Under the pieces are notes generated by a model that did not search any database, was not told the DNA's origin, and saw only the letters and a program-made list of their open reading frames with translations. From Dictyostelium discoideum (lineage: Eukaryota): a stretch of DNA of 64,000 nt. Within the stretch, counting starts at the first letter, position 1, and each line of letters opens with the position of its first letter. Location of the stretch: assembly GCA_000004695.1 (NCBI GenBank), contig CM000150.2, forward strand, positions 1,792,001 to 1,856,000, written 5' to 3'. The position numbers and the translations under genes are program-made. Positions 1 through 9,908 of this stretch are shown here, one piece after another.

Positions 1-357
1 TATTACCCATTCTATTTCTGTGAGTGATTTATACCAATCAAAATCTGTATACATATTTTTTGGTCTTATAGTGGTTATAAATTGTCCTTTTAATTCTGCA
101 TCAAACATATTTACAAAATAGATTACTGTACTAATACTGTCTGTGAGAATTTTGAATGTATTATTACTTTTGATTAAAACATCTTTTTTGTCCAAACTTT
201 TTTCTAAATCTTTTTTTATTTTATCGTCTGGTTCGTGATTGATGTTTATGACGTATTTGAATTGTTTTTTTTTTAATTGAGTTTTATCCACAATTTCGCT
301 TATTTTTTGTAGGCATTTGTGTTGCTTAATATTTGTGGTGTTGTTTGTGATTTTCAT
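1..357 (-). CDS. Hypothetical protein. The N-terminal 119 aa read MKITNNTTNIKQHKCLQKISEIVDKTQLKKKQFKYVININ…KNMYTDFDWYKSLTEIEWVI; the gene continues beyond the window start.
   Basis: There is an ATG at 357 on the minus strand and the frame is open to the window edge. It was not in the ORF track because no stop falls within the window. I recognise no domain in it. Confidence 0.35.
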   Translation of the reverse strand, partial: MKITNNTTNIKQHKCLQKISEIVDKTQLKKKQFKYVININHEPDDKIKKDLEKSLDKKDVLIKSNNTFKILTDSISTVIYFVNMFDAELKGQFITTIRPKNMYTDFDWYKSLTEIEWVI

Positions 358-432
358 TTTATTTTCTTTCTATCTTTTTTATTTTTCTTTAAAAAGTTAA
401 AAATCTGGAAATTTTCTAATTAACTTGGTTCC

Positions 433-436
<4 letters not shown>

Positions 437-490
<54 letters not shown>
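437..490. repeat. A poly(T) homopolymer of about 55 nt.
   Basis: Read directly from the sequence. It immediately precedes the tandem repeat array. Confidence 0.95.
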
Positions 491-494
<4 letters not shown>

Positions 495-928
495 TCTTTT
501 TTATATGAAAAATGAAATAATCAAAAAAAGAGATTGTTGTTGTTGTTTGTTTTTTTCGATCTGATTATTTTTTGCTTTTTTTTTGAAAATTTTGCTACGC
601 AAAATTCTCAAAACGAAACAAATAATAAATTACAATAAAGTAAAAAGATGGCTTTTTAAAATAGTTTATTTATTTATTTATTTGTTTTTTAAGTCTTTTT
701 TATATGAAAAATGAAATAATCAAAAAAAGAGATTGTTGTTGTTGTTTGTTTTTTTCGATCTGATTATTTTTTGCTTTTTTTTTGAAAATTTTGCTACGCA
801 AAATTCTCAAAACGAAACAAATAATAAATTACAATAAAGTAAAAAGATGGCTTTTTAAAATAGTTTATTTATTTATTTATTTGTTTTTTAAGTCTTTTTT
901 ATATGAAAAATGAAATAATCAAAAAAAG
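491..928 (+). repeat. A 199-bp tandem repeat with copies at 491-689, 690-888 and 889-928, the third cut by the gap. It is a candidate 5' promoter module (A-module-like) of a TRE5-type retrotransposon.
   Basis: The unit begins taagtcttttttatatgaaaaatgaaataatc and the copies are near-identical, with a period of exactly 199 bp. Assigning it to the TRE5-A A-module is from memory only and is not verified. Confidence 0.85.
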
Positions 929-1028
929 NNNNNNNNNNNNNNNNNNNNNNNNNNNNNNNNNNNNNNNNNNNNNNNNNNNNNNNNNNNNNNNNNNNNNNNN
1001 NNNNNNNNNNNNNNNNNNNNNNNNNNNN
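929..1028. other. An assembly gap of 100 N, true size unknown.
   Basis: A run of N characters. Confidence 0.99.
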
Positions 1029-3373
1029 GTCTTATACACACAATATACAAGAAAGGCAACCCCTTACTCATATCAAATCGTCGTCCCATTACACTTCTAA
1101 ACACTGATTACAAGATCCTCTCAAAAGTAATCAATGCACGTCTTCTGAGAATACTTCCTTTCATCATCAACAACAACCAAACTGGTTTCGTACCCCACAG
1201 ATTCATCATAGACAACATCATCAACATCAATGAATTAATCAACTACCTCAAATCTAAAAACCTCCCTGGTATCATCACACTATTTGACTTCTTTAAAGCA
1301 TTTGATTCTATCTCTCACGATAGCATTAAAAGAACATTAATTCATATTGGTATACCAATAAAATTAATAAATTTAATCCACAAGCTATTATCTGACTCAC
1401 AAGCAAAAATTTCAATTAATGGTAAAACGACCAGAAAATTCGATATTAAAAGAGGTGTAAAACAAGGTGACCCAATCTCAGCCACTTTATTTGTAATTGT
1501 AATTGAAATATTAGCAAGAACAATAAATGCAGACAATTCAATAATTGGATTACCAATTTCACCCAATCCACAAATTAAAATTAAATTTACCCAATTTGCA
1601 GACGACTCTACAACATACAACATCAACTACGAACAACAACAACAATCAATCAAACATTTCGATAATTTCTGCGCTTCAACATCATCATCATTAAATTTTG
1701 ACAAAAGTGCAATAATAGAAATCAACCCCCACAAAATCACTGATAAACACATAATAAACAACATTCCACAATCAAAAAGAATACCAATAACCAAAAAAGA
1801 TCAATCAGAAAGAGTTCTTGGCTATTTCTTTAATCATAATGGTTTACATAGGAAATTACCAGAAACAATGAAAACACTGATTAAATCATTAGTGCTATGG
1901 AAAACTAGTGGCACAACATTAAAAACAAAAACAACCATCATAAACACCTACTCACTATCACCAATAACATATTTATCATACCTTGAAGAATTTACAAAAG
2001 ATGAAGAAATTCAAATTAATAAATTAATCTCATGGTTTATGAATTCTCCCGCAAATTCTGAATCACCAACTCTCGATACCAATTCCATTGAAAAAAACAC
2101 ATCAACCATCCATTCACGTGCAAAAATACCTTTGATGTGTTATGATAGATCATTAAAACCATTAAAAGAAGGTGGTTGGGGTATGTGGAATATACAATTA
2201 CGACAAGTTGCTCAAAAGATTTGGATATACAACAGATTTTTACAAATGCATAAATCTGCAAACAATTCAATATACATGATAAGTTGGATGGATCAAATCA
2301 TCAACAAATCAATCTCTTCTCCATACCTTATAAAAATCAAAAAAGAATGGGAAAACTATGCAACTCAAATTGGACATCTAAAAGATAAAGTTCAAATCCT
2401 ACAACCAATATTAACAAAAAACCAACCCTCTCAAACATTAAACACAAATAATATTTCACTACCACCAACACTCAAAGAAATCTACTCGACAATACTAAAC
2501 AATCACCAATGCAAATCAAAAGACTATATTGGCAAGAAATATTCAGATCTACTTCTTACTTCGCACCAACAATCAATACAACTATTATGGAAATACACAT
2601 ACGACCAACTTTTTGTCAAAATTCAAAAATTAAAAGATCCAAAAGGCCGAGATACAATGCAAAGATTCCATGCTAGATGTCTTCCGATTAATCATCTACA
2701 CAACAAAGTTTGCCCCATTTGCAACAATGAAATGAATAATGATCCCTATGGTCATTTGTTCTTCAATTGTCAGCACACAATCAACTTCATTAACCACGAC
2801 AAATTAAAATATTTTATATATAAAAATTGCAATGGAAACAAAAACTGGTCACTAACAAAAAACCAAACAACAAAATTATACACACTCATTTATAAACCAC
2901 AAACAAACAACAAAGCATTTAAACCAGATCCAACTATCAATATTAATTTTCATTTTGCAGAAAACGCACAATATAAAAAATACAGGTTCAACTGGAATTA
3001 TATAAACACAAATCTTGATCTAGTCAGAACACATGCATATTGGAACATAATCTCATTAGTTATTCAACAAATATGGATATGGTTATGCAAATCATTATTT
3101 GACATCAATATAACTCAATCAATTGATAATTGGAACAACCAAATAAACAACACAACACTAGATTATGATATATTAAAATCAAAATGGCACAAGCTAATAA
3201 GATTGGAATATTCAAGAACTTTATCAAACTTTAACCAATACTCAATTAAAAACAACCTCACAAAAACTCAAAAAGAAACCCAATGGTCCGAAACCATCAA
3301 AAAATTTAAAAAAGAATGGAGCATAAACACAAATGAACCAATTCCAACAATTACACCACCAATTAATTATTAA
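1029..3373 (+). CDS. Retrotransposon ORF2, covering the reverse-transcriptase domain to the C-terminal zinc-finger-like domain. It is 5'-truncated by the gap, and the frame is continuous from 1082 to the stop at 3371-3373.
   Basis: The frame is open from the gap edge. The ORF track lists only 1868..3373 because that is the first ATG. The conserved RT blocks are listed under the mobile element. Confidence 0.8.
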
Positions 3374-3564
3374 TTACCTAATCTAAAATAACATACTATT
3401 TTAAATTCACAAAAACTAAAAAACCTAAAATAAATAAATAAAAATAACATACTAATTGTATACTACAATAGTTTATTTATATCAAAAAAAAAAAAAAAAA
3501 AAAAAAAAGATTCGAAAAAACTCACAAACTTTTTTTGTAATATATATATATATGAGATGTTTTT

Positions 3565-6231
3565 TTATTTATTTAATTTATTTTCAAAATATAATAATAA
3601 TCTTTTTGAAGCAATTTTTTCCAAATTTATTTTTGTAATTGGAATGAATTGGAAGAGAAATTCAAATATTTTGATTTTGTTTGATTTTATTGAAAATGAT
3701 AATAAATCTTCAAGATATTCCAAATGCAATATTCCTCCATTTGTTTCTTTATCTTTTAAAAAGAAATCATAATTTTCATGAATGAATTCTAGGGTTTTTA
3801 AATTTGAATCCACTATTGATTTCCATATAATTTCATAAAATAAGTCAGGAACAAGCAATTTAAACTTATCTGATGTTGTTGGTGATGTTGTAATATAATT
3901 TAAATGTTTGAATAGTAAATCTAATAATTTTAAATCACCATTTTTAGAATAAACATTAAATGGAATTAAAAATTCATATGGGTCTTCAGTTTTAAAGTAA
4001 TTTGATTTTGTTTCAATTTCTTCAAATCTACCAGCGGCACAAAGAAAATAAATCCATTGAAATTGGTCAACAATGAAATTTGAACCAATTTTCATTTTAT
4101 TTGAATAGTTTACATAAATCCAATCCAAAAGTTTAAAAAAATTTAAATTCTCCCATAATTTAGTTAGTTTTGTTTCTTTATCTTTAAACTCAATTAAATC
4201 TAATATAATTGGTTTATGATTTTCCAATAATAAATTAGAAAAACCAATATCATTAAAAAATGAAGGAACATTGAAAATTCTTGGATTATTACTTTTTTTA
4301 TTTTGATAATTAATATTTTCATTTGAAAGAATATATAAATTTATTTCATTTGAAAAATTCTCTATACAATAATCCCTTAAACCTCTAAATTCATATTCTT
4401 GATTTTCTTTAGTTTCAAAAGTTATCATTTTTTCATAATGTTGTAATACATTTAAATCTTTAAAACAATAAAGAATTGTTTTATAATTATCTTGATTAAA
4501 AAAAATAAAATGATCTTTATGATTTTCAAATAAATAATCTAATACCAATATTGATTTTATATAATAAGTAATAAAAAAAGGAAATCTACCAATAAACTTT
4601 TTTGGATATTTCATTAAATTTCCAAACTGATTTGATACATACTTTATTAATTCTAAATCATTATAATTAATAATAAAATAAAAAAGTAAAAGTTTTTGTT
4701 CTTCCAAGTTTTGATTATCAAAATTTTCTTTTGAAATAAAATTTGATTTTAAAACTTGTAAAATATTAAAAATAAATTCAATTTGTTTATTTTTATCATT
4801 ACAATTTGAGAAAAGGATATTTGGAGATTTAAAATAAAAACAAAGATTATTTATTTGAAGTTCTATTGGCGTTAATAATTTAAAAACTGTATAATTTGCA
4901 AATCTTAATGAATTTTCAAAACTTGTATTACTATCACATTGATTATTCATTTTATCATTTAATTGATTTTCATCTAAACTATAATAACCCAAATAAAAAG
5001 ATAGAGGTAAATTACTTAAATTCCAAATTAAACAATGAAAATCCAATAATTTTTTAATAAATTCTTTATTTTCATTATCATTTGTATTTATTGGATCACC
5101 AAGTTTTGATTTTAATTTCTCTTTATTTAATTTATTTTTAAAATTTTCAATATTATTTAAAGTTATAGTTGAATTGTTTTTAATATTATTATATATTTTA
5201 TTTATTTGTTCATTTTCATTTTCATTATTATTGTTATTAATTAAAATTAAAACTAATTTTACAATTGTAATTAATTGTTTTAATGTTAAATCTTGTTTTA
5301 TTTTTTCAAAAATTGAAATAATTTTAAAAAGTGTTGAAAATTCAATGGATGATGATGATTGATAATTATTAAATAATTTATAATTTTTATAAAAACAATA
5401 TAATCCTTTAAATAATAATCCATTTGAATAATTACTAAAATTATATTTTATATCATATATATTTTCTAAATGATTTTTTGATAATTTAAAATTATTATTA
5501 TTAATTTGTTGTTGTTCTTGATTTAAAAGGTATTTAATAAATTTTTTTGAACCTCTAATTATTGATAATTTTATATCATCAATTGTTGGTTCATAATTAA
5601 ATTCTTCAACCAATAGTTGATATAATTCTATATTGTTTGCAATGATAATATAATTGGAAATTATAGTGGTAAAATCAGTATCAAAATTAATATGATTTTT
5701 AAATAATTTTCTATAAAATTCTTTATCATTTTTAATTGATCTAAATAATCTAATTAAATAACCATTCTTTGTTAATAAATCATCTTCAAAATGTAAATAT
5801 CTACAATTTCTTTTAACTTTTTCTTTTAAAATACCAAATTGATCAAATTGTATTAATTTCTCTACTGATATAATTGAATCATAGCTTGACGAAAATTGTT
5901 TATTCATAAATGACATTATTTTCTTAAAAATAGTTTTATTTCTAAATACTTTCCAAAATAATAATTCAACTATTTCAATACCTTCAAATAAAGTTATTTT
6001 ATTGATTTTATTAAATGAATTAATATTTTCATCTTTTTGTTTTTCTTCTAAATAGATTTGTTTCATTTTTATAATTGATCTAATTCTTTCAATAATCTCT
6101 TTTTTTTTTAAATCTTTTGTATAAATACAATATGATTTTCCAAGTTTTGAAATAAATTCAAAACTTTTACTTTCTAAATCATTTAAATTAATTTCATTAT
6201 TATTATAATAATTATTATAATTATTATTCAT
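3565..6231 (-). CDS. Hypothetical Asn/Lys/Ile-rich protein of 888 aa in a single exon.
   Basis: An uninterrupted 2.67-kb ORF with Dictyostelium codon usage, an ATG in an A-rich context and a stop at 3565. I recognise no domain in it. Confidence 0.55.
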   Translation of the reverse strand: MNNNYNNYYNNNEINLNDLESKSFEFISKLGKSYCIYTKDLKKKEIIERIRSIIKMKQIYLEEKQKDENINSFNKINKITLFEGIEIVELLFWKVFRNKTIFKKIMSFMNKQFSSSYDSIISVEKLIQFDQFGILKEKVKRNCRYLHFEDDLLTKNGYLIRLFRSIKNDKEFYRKLFKNHINFDTDFTTIISNYIIIANNIELYQLLVEEFNYEPTIDDIKLSIIRGSKKFIKYLLNQEQQQINNNNFKLSKNHLENIYDIKYNFSNYSNGLLFKGLYCFYKNYKLFNNYQSSSSIEFSTLFKIISIFEKIKQDLTLKQLITIVKLVLILINNNNNENENEQINKIYNNIKNNSTITLNNIENFKNKLNKEKLKSKLGDPINTNDNENKEFIKKLLDFHCLIWNLSNLPLSFYLGYYSLDENQLNDKMNNQCDSNTSFENSLRFANYTVFKLLTPIELQINNLCFYFKSPNILFSNCNDKNKQIEFIFNILQVLKSNFISKENFDNQNLEEQKLLLFYFIINYNDLELIKYVSNQFGNLMKYPKKFIGRFPFFITYYIKSILVLDYLFENHKDHFIFFNQDNYKTILYCFKDLNVLQHYEKMITFETKENQEYEFRGLRDYCIENFSNEINLYILSNENINYQNKKSNNPRIFNVPSFFNDIGFSNLLLENHKPIILDLIEFKDKETKLTKLWENLNFFKLLDWIYVNYSNKMKIGSNFIVDQFQWIYFLCAAGRFEEIETKSNYFKTEDPYEFLIPFNVYSKNGDLKLLDLLFKHLNYITTSPTTSDKFKLLVPDLFYEIIWKSIVDSNLKTLEFIHENYDFFLKDKETNGGILHLEYLEDLLSFSIKSNKIKIFEFLFQFIPITKINLEKIASKRLLLYFENKLNK

Positions 6232-6336
6232 TCTCTACTTTATTAAAATGATGTTTTGCTGTAGTTATTTTTAAAACTCAATATTTTTAAAAAAAAATCA
6301 AAAAAAACCAAAAAAAAAAAAGAAAAAAAAAACAAT

Positions 6337-6396
<60 letters not shown>

Positions 6397-6726
6397 AAAT
6401 TTCAATTTATTTTATTTATCACAAAATCAAATTTTATTTTCTATAAAGTTTTATAATTTGTTTATTAATATTTATCAAACAAAAATAAATTGATAATATT
6501 TCTTTCACATAATATTAAAAAAAAAAAAAAAAAATAATAATAATAATAAAAATATTTAAAAAGGGATATTTTACTATTTACCTTTAGTGGGGGTATATCA
6601 AAAAAAAAAAAAACAATATGTTGTTATTTGTGGTGAAAAAAAAATAACCCTTTTATAATAATTATTTGATTAACCTTTTTTTTTTTTTCTTTATTTTTTT
6701 TTTTTAATATACGATTAGAAGCATGT

Positions 6727-6759
<33 letters not shown>

Positions 6760-7287
6760 ATCAAAATGTTTTTTTTAATTATTCTTTATCTGAATAACAA
6801 CACATTCACATCGGAATATTATGATTTTTTAAAATAATAATATAACGATAAAAATAAGGATTTATTGTTATTGTTTTAATTTTTTTAATTTTACTATAAA
6901 AATCGGATTAATTAATGTTATCAAATATTTTTTTTTTTTTTTTAAATTTTTATTTTTATTTTATAATATTATTTTGATTAAAAATCCTTTTTTAGCAATA
7001 AAAAACAGTTTAATCACCTTTGGTTGTGATCTTATTATCATAAAATGATATAATTATCACTATTTTAACCTTGGATTACTTTTATTATTATTATAATTAT
7101 TTATTAATATTAAAATTTTAATTATTTTTATTTTTTTTTTTCCACATAAATAAGAAATTTTTTTTTTTTTTTAAATCATTCAATATATCTTTTATTTATT
7201 AATTAAATAAAATTTTAATAATTACATATTTTAAGTTTATTTTTCATATTATTTAAATATTTTATTTTGTATATAAAAAAACTACAG

Positions 7288-7318
<31 letters not shown>
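6232..7318. promoter_or_regulatory. Divergent intergenic region shared by the minus-strand gene that starts at 6231 and the plus-strand gene that starts at 7319. It is AT-rich with long homopolymers.
   Basis: Inferred from the gene orientations. No specific site was identified. Confidence 0.3.
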
Positions 7319-7321
<3 letters not shown>

Positions 7322-9673
7322 AAATTTATAACTTTCTTTGTATTTTTCCTTATTATTGTATTTATAGTAAATGGCCAAGGTTCAGTAAGTTCATCGTCAA
7401 ACAATTCTCCCTCATCTTCATTAGATTCTTTGAAACCAGGATCAGAAGGTTCAATAAGTTCATCACAATCTGGATCTGAAAGTTCAAGAGGCTCTTCACA
7501 TTCAGCACCCGAAGTTCCAACTGGTTCTTCACATTCAACCTCTGAAGTTTCAAGTGATTCTTCAAACTCAGCATCTAAAGTTCCAACTAGTTCTTCACAT
7601 TCAGCTTCTGAAGCATCTACTGGCTCGTCACATTCTGAATCAGAAGTTCCAAGTGGTTCAACACATTCATCATCTGAGGTTTCAACTGGTTCATCAAATT
7701 CAGCCTCTGAAGTTTCAATTGGTTCATCACATTCAACATCAGAAGTTTCAACTGGTTCATCACATTCAACATCAGAAGTTCCAAGTGGCTCATCACATTC
7801 AACATCAGAAGTTTCAACTGGTTCATCACATTCAGCCTCTGAAGTTTCAATTGGTTCATCACATTCAACATCTGAAGTTCCAACTGGCTCATCACATTCA
7901 TCATCTGAAGTTCCAACTGGCTCATCACATTCATCATCTGAAGTTCCAACTGGTTCATCACATTCATCATCTGAAGTTCCAACTGGCTCATCACATTCAT
8001 CATCTGAAGTTCCAACTGGTTCATCACATTCAGCCTCTGAAGTTCCAACTGGTTCATCAAATTCAGCCTCTGAAGTTCCAAGTGATTCATCACATTCAGC
8101 CTCTGAAGTTCCAAGTGGCTCTTCACATTCAGCCTCTGAAGTTCCAACTGGTTCATCACATTCAGCCTCTGAAGTTCCAACTGGCTCATCACATTCATCA
8201 TCTGAAGTTCCAAGTGATTCATCAAATTCAGCTTCTGAAGTTCCAACTGGTTCATCACATTCAAATTCTGAAGTTCCAACTGGTTCATCACATTCAGCAT
8301 CTGAAGTTTCAACAGGTTCATCACATTCAGCATCAGAAGTATCAACAAGTTCATCACTTTCAGCTTCCGAAGTTTCAGCTGGTTCGTCACACTCAGCTTC
8401 TGAAGTATCAGCTGGTTCATCAAATTCAGCATCCGAAGTTCCAACTGGTTCGTCACATTCTAAATCCGAAGTTCCAAATGGTTCATCACATTCAGCTTCT
8501 GAAGTTCCAATTGGCTCTTCACATTCAGCATCCGAAGTTTCTACTAGTTCTTCACATTCAGCATCCGAAGTTCCAAATGGTTCATCACATTCAAGATCCG
8601 AAGTTTCAACTAGTTCTTCAAATTCAGGATCTGAAGTTTCTACTAGTTCTTCACATTCAGGATCTGAAGTTTCGACAAGTTCTTCAAATTCAGCTTCTGA
8701 AGTATCAACTGGCTCATCACGTTCAACATCAGAAGTCTCAACTAGTTCTTCAAATTCAGCATCTGAAGTTCTAAGTGGCTCTTCAAATTCAGCATCTGAA
8801 GTTCTAACAGGTTCTTCAAATTCAGCATCTGAAGTTCCAACAGGTTCTTCAAATTCAGCATCTGAAGTTCCAACAGATTCTTCCAATTCAGCATCTGAAG
8901 TTCCAACAGGTTCTTCAAATTCAGCATCTGAAGTTCCAACTGGTTCTTCAAATTCAGTAACTGAAGTTCCAACTGGTTCATCAAATTCAGCATCATCAAA
9001 TTCAGTGTCCGAAGTTCCAACTGGTTCTTCAAATTCAGTAACTGAAGTTTCAACTACCTCATCACATTCAGCATCTGGTTCTTCACATTCAACATCTGAA
9101 GTTTCAACTGGTTCATCACAATCTGGATCAGAAGGCTCAACTGGTTCAAATGGTTCATCACACTCTGGATCAGAAGGTTCAATTGGTTCAGGATCATTAA
9201 ATTCAGGATCAGTGTCACATAATAGTGATAGTGGATCTGAAGATTCAAATGGTTCATCACAATCTGGATCAGAAGTTTCCAATGGTTCATCACAATCTGT
9301 ATCTGAAGGTTCGATTGGTTCAGGATCATTTAATTCAGGATCAGGATCACATAACAGTGATAGTGGATCATCGTTGGATGGTAAAACAACATGTATTTCA
9401 TATCAAGATACTATTTCAATTAAAACTCTTGAAACTGGTGAAATTGAATGTACAGGTAAGGGTGAAACAAGATGTATTTCTGATAATAGCTACAAATGTT
9501 CATCCAAACAAAAACAAGGTTCACTTGAATGCTCTGTAAATGGTTACATAAAATGTACTGGTTCAAATATTAAATGTAGAATTGGTAATACTGTTTGTTC
9601 AATTCAAAACTCACTTTTAGAAATTACTGAAAAACCAATCTTTACAAGAGGTCTTCGTCAATCTCATCATTAA
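7319..9673 (+). CDS. Secreted Ser-rich repeat (mucin-like) protein of 784 aa. It has a signal peptide ([22 protein letters not shown]), about 48 copies of an 11-aa unit ([11 protein letters not shown]) and a C-terminal Cys-rich domain (~14 Cys).
   Basis: The ATG follows a poly(A) tract and the N-terminus has a hydrophobic leader. Codons ggt/tca/cat/gaa/gtt/cca/act are the preferred Dictyostelium set. The three overlapping antisense and alternate-frame ORFs are repeat artefacts. Confidence 0.7.
7470..9060 (+). repeat. A tandem 33-bp coding repeat of about 48 units that encodes the GSSHS[A/S/T]SEV[P/S]T array.
   Basis: Direct inspection shows the unit ggttcatcacattcagcatctgaagttccaact with point variants. 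Confidence 0.85.
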
Positions 9674-9698
9674 ACTTTTTTCTTTTTCTTTTTCTTTG

Positions 9699-9751
<53 letters not shown>

Positions 9752-9908
9752 AAACCTTTTCCTGAAATGTAAAATTAATATATATATATTGTAATTAAAA
9801 AAAGAAAGAAAATAAAATAAAATGATTTATTATTAAAACAATTTTAAATTTACAAATCAAAGTTACAACAACTTTATTTATTATTGTCTATTGTTTATTA
9901 TTATTATA

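Larger units (their letters stand above)
491..3510 (+). mobile_element. A non-LTR (LINE-like) retrotransposon, candidate TRE family of Dictyostelium. It has tandem 5' modules, then the gap (which presumably hides ORF1 and the endonuclease), then an ORF2 reverse transcriptase and a C-terminal Cys-rich domain, and it ends in a 3' oligo(A) at 3484-3510.
   Basis: The reverse-transcriptase motifs right after the gap are RPITLLNTDYKIL, GFVPHRFIIDNI, FDFFKAFDSISH, GVKQGDPISATLF and FADDSTTY (the FADD box typical of non-LTR elements). A CPICNN…HLFFNCQHT Cys/His motif lies near the C-terminus, and a poly(A) tail follows the stop. Confidence 0.6.

Noticed and set aside
903-1104. Two ORFs spanning the run of Ns.
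   Set aside because: They cross the assembly gap and are meaningless.
2037-2270. A 77-aa minus-strand ORF inside retrotransposon ORF2.
   Set aside because: It is antisense to a well-supported RT/zinc-finger frame and has no supporting features.
360-3700. A search for a tRNA gene flanking the retrotransposon, and for tRNA genes elsewhere via GGTTCGAnTCC-like boxes.
   Set aside because: No cloverleaf-compatible, GC-richer 72-bp segment was seen. The hits to ttcgaa or ttcgat all lie inside coding sequence or repeats. A tRNA could still be hidden by the N-gap.
7282-9282. A 666-aa minus-strand ORF ([11 protein letters not shown] repeats) plus the nested ORFs 7554-8774 (+), 7617-8456 (-), 8742-9053 (-) and 9054-9329 (-).
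   Set aside because: These are mirror or alternate-frame readings of the 33-bp Ser-repeat array. They lack a signal peptide, they end in translated poly(A), and the plus-strand frame has the canonical codon bias and domain logic.
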